From assembly GCA_963847625.1 (NCBI GenBank), contig CAWKAR010000028.1:96001-160000 (forward strand): 64,000 bases of DNA, given 5' to 3'. Under the pieces are notes generated by a model. That model saw only the letters and a list, made by a program, of their open reading frames with translations. It was not told the DNA's origin and searched no databases. A program made the translations under genes and the position numbers. The stretch is from a candidate division FCPU426 bacterium (lineage in GTDB: Bacteria; Oederibacteriota; Muellerivitia; Muellerivitales; Muellerivitaceae). The stretch's first letter is position 1; each line of letters opens with the position of its first letter. Shown here piece after piece: positions 39,504 to 49,602 of this stretch.

Positions 39504-41543
39504 TTATTTAGGTTTTGTCCGTTGGGCAAGGATCCGGGCCTTCGTAAAACATGCGGCCGCCCGGTCCTTCTTCCCCGCCTGGAGATAGGCCCGCCCCAAC
39601 TGCCGGTAAAATTCCGGCGTCTGGGGCGCAAAACTTTCCGCGTTTCCCAGCGCCTCCAGGGCCTTGGCCCGGTCGCCTTTCAGCCAATAGGTCTTCGCCA
39701 ATTGGGCCCATAGATCGGGGTTGTTGGGATCCAACTGAAGGCCCCTTCCGTAACAGGCGAAGGCTTCTTGATACCTTGCCCCGGACCCATAGGCGGACGC
39801 CAGCTGGATGATGCATTCCACGTTATCGGGTTTTAAGGCAAGCGCCGACTTGAAGGCCCGGACGGCTTTTCCCCATTGATTCAGGCTTTGGTAAAAAACG
39901 CCCAGGTCCCGGTAGGCCGCGAAGCATTGGGGGTCGGCCTTGATCGCCTTTTCCAGTTCACCCTGGTTCTCTTTCGTCATTCCCTTATGGCGGTAGGCGA
40001 TGGCCAGGTTCAGGTGGGTATAGGGGTCCTGGGGGTTCAAAAGAAGGGCCTCCTGAAACTCCCGGATGGCCTCGTCATCGCGGTTGAGGTCGAGGAGTAT
40101 CGACCCGGTGTTGAAATGGGCCGTGGGGTCCTGGGGTGTGAGCGACTCCGCCTTTTGCGATTCCACCAGCGCGTCGCCGTACCTCCCCTCGTCCCTGTAA
40201 GCCTGGTCCAGGAAGGTGTGGAATATGGGGTAAGCATCCGGGCAGGACCGGGTGATGTCCTCGAAAAAAGGGATATCGTCATGCCAGATCGCCAGTTGGC
40301 GGAAGGTTAAAAAACCCAATCCCGCCGCCAACGTCAGGCCCAAGGCCAAAACCACCGCCCGGTTCCTAAAAATGAGAACCGACAGCCCTGCGCCAGCCAG
40401 GAGAAAAGGCCCCAGGCTGGCCAGGTAGGCGTAGTGGTCCGCCGCGGCCTGGCCCCCCGTCTGCACAAGCCCCAGCACCGGCCCCAGGGTGAGGACGTAA
40501 TAAGCCCAAGCGGCGGCTAACCAAGGACGGCGTTTGCGCCATAGAAAACAAAGGGCGCTGACGGCAAGTGCCAAAATAAGCGAAGCCAGATTGCCCGTGG
40601 AGAAGACACGGCAGGCCCTATCGAAGGGGTAAAAAGGATGGAAACCCAGGGGCAGGATCATTTTCCACAGGTAAAAGATAAGGGAATGGAAGGCGTGCAT
40701 GACCCGGTAACCCACAGGCAATACCTTGTTCATTTCCAAGAACCTGGATTCGGCCTGGGCCAGGAGGGCCGTGACGATTCCAGCCAGGGAAATTAGAAAG
40801 AATGGGATTTTCTCCCCGACCATCCTCGGAAGGGTGCCGGCCCGGAGGCGTTGGAGGGGCCATAGATCCAGCAGAAGGAGAACGAAGGGAAGGCTGACCG
40901 CCATGGGTTTGGACATCAGGGAAAGCGCGAAACAAACCAGGGCACCCCACAACGCCCAGCTTTTTTTCCCCGGGAAGGCCTTACTTGCCAGGTAAAGCCA
41001 AAGGCTTAACAGATAAAAGAACCCGCACAAAAGGTCTCTTTGCTCATTGGCCCAGGCCGTCGATTCCACATGCAGGGGATGGAGGCCAAACAGGATGGAG
41101 GTTAAAAAAGCCGCCGAAAGGGCCCAAGCCTGGGGTTGGTCCTTCGGGTCTTCCCCATCTTTTCCCGCGCGGCTCAAAAGCTTGAGGCTGAGGAAAAAAA
41201 CCAGCAGGGTGTTCAGGCAGTGCAGGGCCAAGCTGTGCAAGTGATAGATCCAGGGGTGGAGCTGTCCCACGGCATAATCCAAGGCCAAGCTGATCCAAGT
41301 CAGGGGAATCCAGTTGCCTGCGTAGAAAGTGGTGAAACACCAGCGGAAGAAGTCACCGTTCATCACCCGGATCTTGGAGTTATCCAAAATAAATTGATAG
41401 TCGTCCAGGTTAAGGAACCCGTCTTTCAAGAGGGGCAGATATATAAGAAAAGTGCAGAAGGCCGGTATCAGGGCGGTCTTCCATATCAAGGCGGCATTGG
41501 AGGTTTTCAGGTTCTGCTCCGATCCCGTAACTGGCTGATGCAC
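39504..41543 (-). CDS. TMTC-like GT-C membrane glycosyltransferase (putative protein O-mannosyltransferase) with C-terminal TPRs
   Basis: First-loop LDD motif, W-x-PLTWIS, HPLHVESTAW, SKPMAV and AADHYAYL; about 10 TMs followed by several TPR repeats; start uncertain. Confidence 0.75.
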   Translation of the reverse strand: MHQPVTGSEQNLKTSNAALIWKTALIPAFCTFLIYLPLLKDGFLNLDDYQFILDNSKIRVMNGDFFRWCFTTFYAGNWIPLTWISLALDYAVGQLHPWIYHLHSLALHCLNTLLVFFLSLKLLSRAGKDGEDPKDQPQAWALSAAFLTSILFGLHPLHVESTAWANEQRDLLCGFFYLLSLWLYLASKAFPGKKSWALWGALVCFALSLMSKPMAVSLPFVLLLLDLWPLQRLRAGTLPRMVGEKIPFFLISLAGIVTALLAQAESRFLEMNKVLPVGYRVMHAFHSLIFYLWKMILPLGFHPFYPFDRACRVFSTGNLASLILALAVSALCFLWRKRRPWLAAAWAYYVLTLGPVLGLVQTGGQAAADHYAYLASLGPFLLAGAGLSVLIFRNRAVVLALGLTLAAGLGFLTFRQLAIWHDDIPFFEDITRSCPDAYPIFHTFLDQAYRDEGRYGDALVESQKAESLTPQDPTAHFNTGSILLDLNRDDEAIREFQEALLLNPQDPYTHLNLAIAYRHKGMTKENQGELEKAIKADPQCFAAYRDLGVFYQSLNQWGKAVRAFKSALALKPDNVECIIQLASAYGSGARYQEAFACYGRGLQLDPNNPDLWAQLAKTYWLKGDRAKALEALGNAESFAPQTPEFYRQLGRAYLQAGKKDRAAACFTKARILAQRTKPK

Positions 41544-41644
41544 GCGTTAGGGCGCTTATTTAGATTACCACTCCCAATGGGATGGTGTTATGGGTTTTCA
41601 GGGACAATAAAATCATGGTTTTTCATCCAATCTCCCTGACCAAC

Positions 41645-41763
41645 GTTGTGCCGATCATCCTTAAAAATATATTAAGATCGGTACTATGCTGATTTCTTTA
41701 TAAGCTTCATGGAAGATTAGCCTGTGCCGACTCTCTATAAAACAATTATGGAACCGGCACAAC
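41645..41763 (+). repeat. Tandem hairpin element, copy B (three 37-38-bp units)
   Basis: Units 41648-41684, 41686-41723 and 41724-41760; whole element bounded by IR GTTGTGCCG/CGGCACAAC. Confidence 0.7.
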
Positions 41764-41844
41764 CAGGGATGTACCTCTTTAACAGTTTCAGTGATGGCAG
41801 CATGAGTAATTGGGGTTCTAAACTTTATCGGTTGGAAAAGAACG

Positions 41845-44800
41845 TCAGCGCAGAACGAGGACTTTCAGGATTTTCACCGACGTGGTTCCCCCCGCAACCG
41901 CCTTCACCCGGAGGTAATAAAGCCCGTCGGCGACAGGGATGCCGTCCATATCCTTCAAATCCCATGAGAGGGTGCCGTTCCCGGAAACTTTCTGTGAAAA
42001 CCCATCCACCTTGCGGAATGCCGTCGTGTAGACGTCACAGGTGAAGGTGGTGCCCGTGGGGCCCTGGACGTTAATAGAAACAGGCCCACCCTGGTTGGGG
42101 TTGGGATAGGGCGGGCCGACCACCACGCCCGTTACGGCCGGGGTCAAGGTAAGGGTCGGCGTGTAGGCGGAGAGGGCTGGGGTCCGAGTCAGTGTATTCG
42201 TGGGCGTGGCCGTCAGGGGTAGCGGCGCTACGACGGTCCACATCGAGAAGTGGGTCGTGACCACCGTCAAGGTGTCATTCGCCGTGTTCAGTGCCGCGGA
42301 AACGGTCACCCAAGAGGAACTGGCGGTGTCGTAATAAAGCACCTGCAATTGGCTGGCGGTCTTGCCCGCGGGGATCTGCGACGGATCGTAGGTAAACACG
42401 AGGGTGACGGGGGTGTTGAAAGTGGCCCCGGCGGAGGAGGTGAAAGTATAGACGTTCCCCAAAATCTCGAAGCTTGAAACCGGGGGGGCGGTGGAGGAGC
42501 TTGTTTCGGAGACCGTGATGGTCGCGGCGGTGGTGAGGTCCCCCGCCGGTATCTCCACGCCCGTCCCGTTGCTTACGGCCACGGTGGCCGGCGCCGAGGC
42601 ATTGACGACCTGCGCGGCCACATCAATGGGTGTTGCTGTCGGCGTGAATGTGCTAGTGACGGTGCCGGGGTCACTCGTGATGGTCGGGGTTGGTGTATTC
42701 GTATTTGTTTGGGTGATGCTTGGATCAATTGTGGGGATGAGCGTGTTCGTTAACGTGAATGTGGGTGTCCACGTGAATATACCACTAGTAACAGTAGGTG
42801 TGTTAGTCGAAGTGGGAGTTGGCGTAATAGTATTTATCGGAGTGTCGGTGAAAGTCCATGTAGGAACCCCCGTCGGCCAGGGTGTGGGAGTAGATGTGCA
42901 CGTGGGCGTGTTAGTTATAGTCGGTGTATTCATCGGCGCACAGGGCGTTAAGGTTGGTTGCGGATAAAACGGGCAGGGTGAAATTTTCACAACCAGGTTC
43001 GTGTCAGAGGCGGCCGTGTAAAGTGCTCCCGTCTCGTCCAACGCCACCCCGAAAGCCCCGTACATTTGCGTCAGGGCGCAGGACCCCGTCTGGCTCCAAG
43101 TCGCGCCATTGTTGGTGAATATCAGGTAACCGTTGTTCTCGTAATTGGTCACGTAAATGTTCCCCGCCCCGTCCCGGGCCATTCCGTAGGGCGTCGACAT
43201 GGAAGCCACGATGTTCGAGGCCATGGTATAGGAGTAGCTGTTCACCCCTGTCTCCGTGAAAAGCACGATCCGGTTGTTCACGGTGTCCGCCACGTATAAA
43301 TTCAACCCCACCTTCAAGGCCCCGCTGGGCGCGTTCAGGCCCCCCAGAGTCCCCGAACCCGTCAAGGTGGTTTTCAAGTTGCCGTTGTTATCCAGTTCGA
43401 AAATCGATCCGTCATCCGAGTAAGTGTAAACATTCCCCAGGTTGTCCACGTTTATTCCCCTCAGGGCTTCCGTTAGGTCAACCGAGGTCCAAAGGACGTT
43501 CCCGTTCGCGTCCAGTTTGGAGACGGTTTCATCGTCCCTCCTAGCTACGTACACCCCGTCGTAAGCGCAAGTCCCCACCGCCACACTGAAAGCATCCTCC
43601 ACTAGGTAGGTGGTCACCGGAGCGCCCGTGTAATCCAGCACCATCAGGGTATCCGCGTAATCATCCGGCACGTACACGCGCCCGCGCGAGGTATCTACTG
43701 CCACTCCGGCCGCTCCGCTTCCGTCGGCAAAAGAGGGCGAAGTCCACGGACTGGCCAGCTGGCAGCAGCCTGGCAGAAACGTTTCGGTTGGACTCGGAGT
43801 GATCGTTGGAGTTGATGAATCAGTTGAAGTCGGGGTGATGGTTGGAGTACTCGTAATGGTAGCGATTGGAGTGTCAGTGGTGGTCGGTGTGTCGGTCAGG
43901 GTCGGTGTATTGGTTGGAGTTGAGGTAATCGTCGGTGTATTTGTTATCGTCGGAGTCAAAGTAATAGTCGAAGTTAGTGTTATTGTCGGGGTATCGGTGA
44001 AAGTCCAAGTGGGTACGCCTGTCGGCCAGGGCGTAAATGTAGGGGTATAAAAGCCGGTCACGTCAAACTTGGTAATAAAAGCGTCCCAAAAACCACCAAA
44101 AACAGTCTGATCGGCCCCACTGGTCGCAGGAAAGTCCGCTTGGGTATATCCTGCGACATAAACGTTCCCCGAACTATCCAATGCGATGCCTTGCCCATTA
44201 ACCCCCTCATTTCCGCCTAAATAGGTTGAATAAACTAGGGCGATTCCCAAGACATTCAGCTTCACTACAAAAGCATTCCCACTACCCCCATAAACCGTCT
44301 GATAGGCCCCACTGGTCGCGGGAAAATTCGCTGAAGAAGTAGATCCCGTTACATATGCGTTACCAAATCCATCCACCGCGATGCCTTGGCCGGAATCCTC
44401 CACGTTCCCGCCCAGATAGGTCGAATAAAGAAGTGTGCTACCTGTGGCATTTAGCTTTGTCACAAAAGCGGTCTCAGAACCGCCGCCATAAACCGTCTGA
44501 TAGGCCCCGCTGGTCGTGGGAAAATCCGTTGAAGTCGTATATCCCGTCACATAAGCGTTCCCCGATCCATCCACCGCAATGCCGTTTCCTTGATCAGCCC
44601 CACTACCGCCAAGATAAGTCGAATAGACCAAATCGCTAGCCCCGCCACCAGCCGGATTCAGCTTCGCTACAAACGCATCATATGGATAAACACTAGTGCC
44701 GCCGCTGTAAGCAGTTTGAAAGGCCCCACTGGTTGTTGGAAAATCTCCTAAGTTATAACCCGTCACATAAATGTTTCCCGACCCATCCAACGCAATCGCA

Positions 44801-46320
44801 TTTCCTTGGTCATACCCGCCCAGGAAGGTTGAATAAACCAGGGCACTTCCTGTGGCATTCACTTCTGTCACAAAAATATCCGGAAGTCCCCCGGAAGCTG
44901 TCTGGTAGGCCCCACTGGTCGTGGGGAAATTCGTGGAACCGGTTTCCCCCGTCACATAAGCATTTCCTGATCCATCCACCGCGATGCCATAACCTATATT
45001 TCCGCCCAGACAGGTCGAATAGGCCAGGGTGCTTCCATCGATACTCAATTTCGTTACAAAAACGTTCTCAGAGCTGGAGGATGCCTGAAAGGCGCCACTG
45101 GTCGTAGGGAATATTCCAAAGGTTATTCCAGTCACATAAGCGTACCCTCCCCCATCGACCGCGATAGCATAGCCACGAGCGCCCCCGCTACCTCCAAGGT
45201 AGGTTGAATAAAGCAGCTCACTTCCATCGGCACTCAGTTTCGTCACAAATGCGTTTGCATTTTCACTACCGCCACCAATAACTGTTTGATAAGCCCCATT
45301 GGTTGTTGGAAAATTTTCAATGGTTGCGGGTACACTTCCGGTTGTTTCTCCAGTTACATAAGGGTACCCTGAGCCATCCACTGCAATGCCATAGCCCCAA
45401 TCCTGGCCGCCCCCACCCAAGTATGTCGAATAATCCAATTGGGGATCGATGACCAGGGGAAGGGTTTTGTCATAATTCCCCATTTCAAATCCAATTTTCC
45501 CATCCCTCTTGATTTTGTAGGCACCATCGATTTTGGTTTTTCCCACTCCCTGTTCTTGGTAAACAACCGGAGCCTTGAAAGCCACATCCCCTTGGGCCAT
45601 GTGGAAAATCAGGTTTCCTTGGCCGTCCACTTCCGAGCTCTTGGCGCCATGATAACTGAGGCCAATTACACTTGGGTCCGCGCCCGGCTTTACCTCGAAG
45701 TCGTACTCTAACTTTCTCTGAGCGCCGTAATACACCATGTCGATGCCGGGATAGACATCTTTCATCTTCACTTTGGTGTAATTGGGAATGTTGGTGTGCC
45801 ACTTGGTAGGATCGTTTCCGATGAAGTAATTGCTCTTCCCTTCCGCCTTATCCACCCCCTCGAATTCAGCCAAACGGTTCCCGCCTTCAAGCTTCAGTCG
45901 CAAAACCTCGGATGGATTAGTTTGGAGTGAAGACCTAGGAGTTCGGAGTTTAGGGTCAAAACCTTTAAACTTGTTTAGGGAGTGATTGGGATCCCCACGT
46001 TTCAATACATACACCGCCTCAGCGGGCGTGATGAATAGAGAGTAGCCGCTCCCCCGGGAGAGGAACTTCACTTGGGGATCAAGTTGTCCTTCGTTAGGCT
46101 CGAAATAAAGAGGAATTTTTCCATAATTCTGGTTTAGTTTCATAAGCGCGGCTTGATTGGGCTGGGCAACTTTGGAAGAGACTTGTGATTTTTTCGGGGT
46201 GGAAGAAGAATTTTTCTGGTTGGTGTTAGCCAAACCCAAACCAAATACAAGCATGATGCCGGCCAATAGACCTGCATTTAATAACCGCAACTTATAGCGC
46301 GATACTTTCAACAGGGTCAT
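41845..46320 (-). CDS. Secreted SBBP beta-propeller protein with NHL propeller and ZU5-like/beta-sandwich passenger domains, Thr/Pro linkers and CTD (subtype II)
   Basis: N-terminus closely matches the 34888 gene, which places the start at ATG 46320; EIPAG...F-x-TPVTL...TTHFS module; CTD PYPNP...TTAFRK...KVLVLR. Confidence 0.9.
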   Translation of the reverse strand: MTLLKVSRYKLRLLNAGLLAGIMLVFGLGLANTNQKNSSSTPKKSQVSSKVAQPNQAALMKLNQNYGKIPLYFEPNEGQLDPQVKFLSRGSGYSLFITPAEAVYVLKRGDPNHSLNKFKGFDPKLRTPRSSLQTNPSEVLRLKLEGGNRLAEFEGVDKAEGKSNYFIGNDPTKWHTNIPNYTKVKMKDVYPGIDMVYYGAQRKLEYDFEVKPGADPSVIGLSYHGAKSSEVDGQGNLIFHMAQGDVAFKAPVVYQEQGVGKTKIDGAYKIKRDGKIGFEMGNYDKTLPLVIDPQLDYSTYLGGGGQDWGYGIAVDGSGYPYVTGETTGSVPATIENFPTTNGAYQTVIGGGSENANAFVTKLSADGSELLYSTYLGGSGGARGYAIAVDGGGYAYVTGITFGIFPTTSGAFQASSSSENVFVTKLSIDGSTLAYSTCLGGNIGYGIAVDGSGNAYVTGETGSTNFPTTSGAYQTASGGLPDIFVTEVNATGSALVYSTFLGGYDQGNAIALDGSGNIYVTGYNLGDFPTTSGAFQTAYSGGTSVYPYDAFVAKLNPAGGGASDLVYSTYLGGSGADQGNGIAVDGSGNAYVTGYTTSTDFPTTSGAYQTVYGGGSETAFVTKLNATGSTLLYSTYLGGNVEDSGQGIAVDGFGNAYVTGSTSSANFPATSGAYQTVYGGSGNAFVVKLNVLGIALVYSTYLGGNEGVNGQGIALDSSGNVYVAGYTQADFPATSGADQTVFGGFWDAFITKFDVTGFYTPTFTPWPTGVPTWTFTDTPTITLTSTITLTPTITNTPTITSTPTNTPTLTDTPTTTDTPIATITSTPTITPTSTDSSTPTITPSPTETFLPGCCQLASPWTSPSFADGSGAAGVAVDTSRGRVYVPDDYADTLMVLDYTGAPVTTYLVEDAFSVAVGTCAYDGVYVARRDDETVSKLDANGNVLWTSVDLTEALRGINVDNLGNVYTYSDDGSIFELDNNGNLKTTLTGSGTLGGLNAPSGALKVGLNLYVADTVNNRIVLFTETGVNSYSYTMASNIVASMSTPYGMARDGAGNIYVTNYENNGYLIFTNNGATWSQTGSCALTQMYGAFGVALDETGALYTAASDTNLVVKISPCPFYPQPTLTPCAPMNTPTITNTPTCTSTPTPWPTGVPTWTFTDTPINTITPTPTSTNTPTVTSGIFTWTPTFTLTNTLIPTIDPSITQTNTNTPTPTITSDPGTVTSTFTPTATPIDVAAQVVNASAPATVAVSNGTGVEIPAGDLTTAATITVSETSSSTAPPVSSFEILGNVYTFTSSAGATFNTPVTLVFTYDPSQIPAGKTASQLQVLYYDTASSSWVTVSAALNTANDTLTVVTTHFSMWTVVAPLPLTATPTNTLTRTPALSAYTPTLTLTPAVTGVVVGPPYPNPNQGGPVSINVQGPTGTTFTCDVYTTAFRKVDGFSQKVSGNGTLSWDLKDMDGIPVADGLYYLRVKAVAGGTTSVKILKVLVLR

Positions 46321-46475
46321 TGATCCGTCCAGGGTGAGGAAGATATAGTTAATTTTCCCACGATCTTTATAAAAAGGGCGTTTCTTTCCACACCCTCTAG
46401 ACGGCAAAATGGCCGATTTAATCCAAAAATAATGCAAAAAAATGAGGCTAAAAAGGCCGGTTTTATTGGTTTTTT
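46321..46475 (-). promoter_or_regulatory. Conserved 5' leader/promoter region, copy 2
   Basis: Aligns with 34889-35045; complementary segments 46325-46336 and 46391-46404. Confidence 0.7.
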
Positions 46476-46528
46476 AGGATGAATATGGGTTTTGAGATTC
46501 TTGAAAAGCAGATCCATCGAAAAACGAA

Positions 46529-46607
46529 CACTTCGATACGCTTCGCTACTCAGTGCAGGCTTGGGGTCGCCACGCTCCTAAGCGCGCCGATTGGGGCTGC
46601 TCCTCGC
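46529..46607. repeat. REP-like palindromic remnants
   Basis: CACTTCGATACGCTTCGCTACTCAGTG and GTCGCCACGCTCC...CTCGCA resemble common extragenic palindromes. Confidence 0.4.
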
Positions 46608-46683
46608 ATGCCGACCTACCATTAAGCTTTTAATGAGGTCGGTATCGTACCGATCTCAATTTATCTTTATAGATGATCGGCAC
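46608..46683 (-). repeat. Tandem hairpin element, copy C (two units, inverted relative to A and B)
   Basis: ATGCCGACCTACCATTAAGCTTTTAATGAGGTCGGTAT (38 bp) + GTACCGATCTCAATTTATCTTTATAGATGATCGGCAC (37 bp). Confidence 0.72.
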
Positions 46684-46740
46684 AATGACAGCTTAGACCG
46701 AATCGCGAAGTCGGGGGGCAAAGTACGGACAAAAACCTGG

Positions 46741-49557
46741 TCACTTAATCAGGATGATCCTCTTCCACTTTGTTTCCAAGGGCTCGGAAAGCTTGAGCAA
46801 ATAAACCCCGCTGGCGCAGGGGTCGTTAAACTTGTTCGTCCCGTCCCAAAAGTAGGTTTGGGTATAAGAGGACTCAAGATATTGGTCGTCCAGGGTTTTG
46901 ATATGCTCCCCGGCCGAGTTGTAAATTTTCAGGGAAAAGGGGCCCGGGAAGGAGGAATTGCCGACGTAAATGGAAACCGGGCCCTGGCCTGGTTGCAGCA
47001 GGTTCTTATCGACATAAAAAACGTTAAAATAAGGAAGGGGGGTGTTTGTCACGGTCGGCGTGAACGTCACCGTGGGAGTATCCGTGATGGTTGGCGACAG
47101 GGTGATAGTCGGAGTATTGGTCATGGTCGGAGTATTGGTTGGCGTAGCCGTAGGCGTAGCGGTGAGGGATGCCGTAGGCGTCATCGAATCCGTCGGGGTC
47201 AGTGTAACGGTGGGACTATCCGTCACAGTAGGTGTATTCGTAATGGTAGGAGTATTCGTAAAGGTTGGCGTTGATGTCGGCGAAGCTGTAGGCGTAGCGG
47301 TGAGGGATGCCGTAGGCGTCATCGAATCCGTCGGCGTGGGGGTATTAAAGGCAGTCACGTCAAACTTCGCCACAAAAGCGTCCCCGCTTCCGCCATAAGC
47401 CGTCTGATTGGCCCCGCTGGTCGTTGGAAAATTCCCGTTGGTATATCCTGTCACATAGGCATTTCCCGACCCATCCACCGCGATGCTTTGGCCATAATCG
47501 GTGTCGTTCCCGCCCAGATACGTCGAATAGGACAAAGCGTTCCCCGTGGCGTTCAGTTTCACCACGAAAGCGTCATAAAAACCGCCAGCGTAGGCTGATT
47601 GAAAAGCCCCGCCGGTCGTGGGGAAATTTCCGCTGGTTTCACCCGTCACATAAGCGTTCCCCGATCCGTCCACCGCGACGCCATAGGCTTCATCGTCCCC
47701 GCTCCCGCCCAGATAGGTCGAATAGGCCAGGGCGCTTCCCAAAGCATTCACTTTCGCCACAAACGCATCCGCGGTACCCCCGCCGAAAACCGTCTGGTAG
47801 GCTCCGCCGGCCATGGGAAAATTTCCGGTGCTTAACCCAGTCACATAAGCGTTTCCCGACCCATCCACCGCGATACCCCGGGCCGTGACAGAAGCGCTCC
47901 CGCCCAGATAGGTCGAATAAGCCAGGGCGCTTCCCAAGGCATTCAGTTTCACCACAAACGCGTCCGAGATACCGCCCCCGTAAGCCGTCTGGCAGGCCCC
48001 GCCGGTCGTGTGGAAACTTCCGGTGGTATATCCCGTCACATAAGCGTTCCCCGACCCATCCACGGCGATGGCATTGCCTTGATCGTCCGACGGCCCGCCC
48101 AGGTAAGTTGAATAGACCGGGACGCCCGCGGCATTCAATTCCGCCACAAAAGCGTCATAACCGCCGCCATAAACCGTCTGATAGGCCCCGCTGGTCGCGG
48201 GAAAACCACCGGAAGTCACTCCCGTAATATAAGCGTTCCCGGAACCATCCAACGCGATGCCATTGCCCCAGTCGTTCCCGTTCCCGCCCAGGTAAGTCGA
48301 ATAGACCAGGGCGTTTCCCGCCGCATTCAGCTCCGCCACAAAAGCGTCCTCACCGCCTCCCCCGTAAGCCGCCTGGTAGGCCCCGCCGGTGGTGGGAAAA
48401 CTTCCGGTGGTCGATCCCGTGATATAAGCGTTTCCGGCCCCGTCCACCGCGATGCCGTTGCCCCAATCGTTCCCGCTTCCGCCCAGATAGGTCGAATAAA
48501 CCACCGCGTTGCCCGAGGAATTCAGTTTCACCACAAAAGCGTCCTCCGTGCCGCCGAAAGCCGTCTGTTCGGCCCCGCCGGTCGTGGGAAAATTCCCGGT
48601 GGTGTAACCCGTCACATAAGCGTTCCCCGGGCCATCCAACGCAATGCCATTGCTCCGATCGCCGCCGGTCCCGCCCAGATAGGTCGAATAATCCAATACC
48701 GGGTCGATCACCAGGGGAAGGGCCTTGTCGTAAACCCCCAGCTTAAATCCAACCTGCCCATGCCCCTTTAACGAGTAGCGGCCCTCCACTGATATCCGTT
48801 GGCTGTTCTTCATTTGGTACGCTACTGGAGCCCTAAAGGCCACTTCCCCTTGGGCCATATGGAAAATCAAGTTCCCTTGGCCGTCCACTTCCGCTTTGTG
48901 GGCACCCTGGTAGCTGAATCCGATCACGTTCGTATCAGCCCCTGGAGAAACCACAAAGTCGTACTCGAGTTTTCCCTGTGCGCCGTAATACACCATGTCG
49001 ATGCCGGGATAGACGCCCCTCATCTTCACTTTGGAGTAGCGGGCAATATTGGTTCGCCACTTGGAACGGTCATTCCCGATGAAGTAATTGCTCCTCCCGC
49101 CTGCCTCTTCCATCCCCTCGAATTCGGACTTCCGGTTCCCACCCTCGAACCTCAAGCGCAAAACCTCATGAGAGGCAGTTAGGAGTGAGGAGTGAGGAGT
49201 TAGGAGTGAAGAATGATTGAAATGGCCACTTTTCAACACAAACACCGCCTCGGCGGGCGTCAGGTAAAGGGCATAGCCATTTCCACGGGATACAAACCGC
49301 ACTTGTGGGTCGTATTGGCCCTGGTTGGGCTCGAAGGAAAGCGGAATGCGCCCGTAATTCCGGTTGATTTTCAGAAGCGCGGCCTGATCCAGCAGGGCAA
49401 TTCCGGAAAAAACACGGGATTTCTTCGGGGAGAGGGAAAAACTCTTGCCAATCCGGTTCACTTGGCTGGTGGGAACCAAACCCATTCCAAAAACCGTGAT
49501 GACGCAGGCAAAAAAACCAGGGTAAAAAAGCCGGATTCTATTCCGGAATACATTCAT
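46741..49557 (-). CDS. Secreted SBBP beta-propeller protein with Thr/Pro linker and CTD (subtype I), no passenger domain
   Basis: Same N-domain, regular YSTYLGG repeats, [13 protein letters not shown]...CASGVY. Confidence 0.9.
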   Translation of the reverse strand: MNVFRNRIRLFYPGFFACVITVFGMGLVPTSQVNRIGKSFSLSPKKSRVFSGIALLDQAALLKINRNYGRIPLSFEPNQGQYDPQVRFVSRGNGYALYLTPAEAVFVLKSGHFNHSSLLTPHSSLLTASHEVLRLRFEGGNRKSEFEGMEEAGGRSNYFIGNDRSKWRTNIARYSKVKMRGVYPGIDMVYYGAQGKLEYDFVVSPGADTNVIGFSYQGAHKAEVDGQGNLIFHMAQGEVAFRAPVAYQMKNSQRISVEGRYSLKGHGQVGFKLGVYDKALPLVIDPVLDYSTYLGGTGGDRSNGIALDGPGNAYVTGYTTGNFPTTGGAEQTAFGGTEDAFVVKLNSSGNAVVYSTYLGGSGNDWGNGIAVDGAGNAYITGSTTGSFPTTGGAYQAAYGGGGEDAFVAELNAAGNALVYSTYLGGNGNDWGNGIALDGSGNAYITGVTSGGFPATSGAYQTVYGGGYDAFVAELNAAGVPVYSTYLGGPSDDQGNAIAVDGSGNAYVTGYTTGSFHTTGGACQTAYGGGISDAFVVKLNALGSALAYSTYLGGSASVTARGIAVDGSGNAYVTGLSTGNFPMAGGAYQTVFGGGTADAFVAKVNALGSALAYSTYLGGSGDDEAYGVAVDGSGNAYVTGETSGNFPTTGGAFQSAYAGGFYDAFVVKLNATGNALSYSTYLGGNDTDYGQSIAVDGSGNAYVTGYTNGNFPTTSGANQTAYGGSGDAFVAKFDVTAFNTPTPTDSMTPTASLTATPTASPTSTPTFTNTPTITNTPTVTDSPTVTLTPTDSMTPTASLTATPTATPTNTPTMTNTPTITLSPTITDTPTVTFTPTVTNTPLPYFNVFYVDKNLLQPGQGPVSIYVGNSSFPGPFSLKIYNSAGEHIKTLDDQYLESSYTQTYFWDGTNKFNDPCASGVYLLKLSEPLETKWKRIILIK

Positions 49558-49602
49558 TTTTATTCCATTTATAGGAAGTGGGAACGCCTGGATAAAACCC
49601 GG

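Noticed and set aside
41645..41763. Hairpin element as a mini-CRISPR (GTTGTG...CACAAC ends) or integron attC
   Set aside because: The would-be spacer is itself conserved in other copies, the GTT/AAC cores are in the opposite order to attC, and there is no integrase or cas gene nearby.
46321..46437. N-terminal extension of the 41845 gene, and the ORFs 34885-35199 and 46317-46517
   Set aside because: These regions are the duplicated non-coding leader (plus an orphan CTD tail); paralog alignment fixes the starts at 46320 and 34888.
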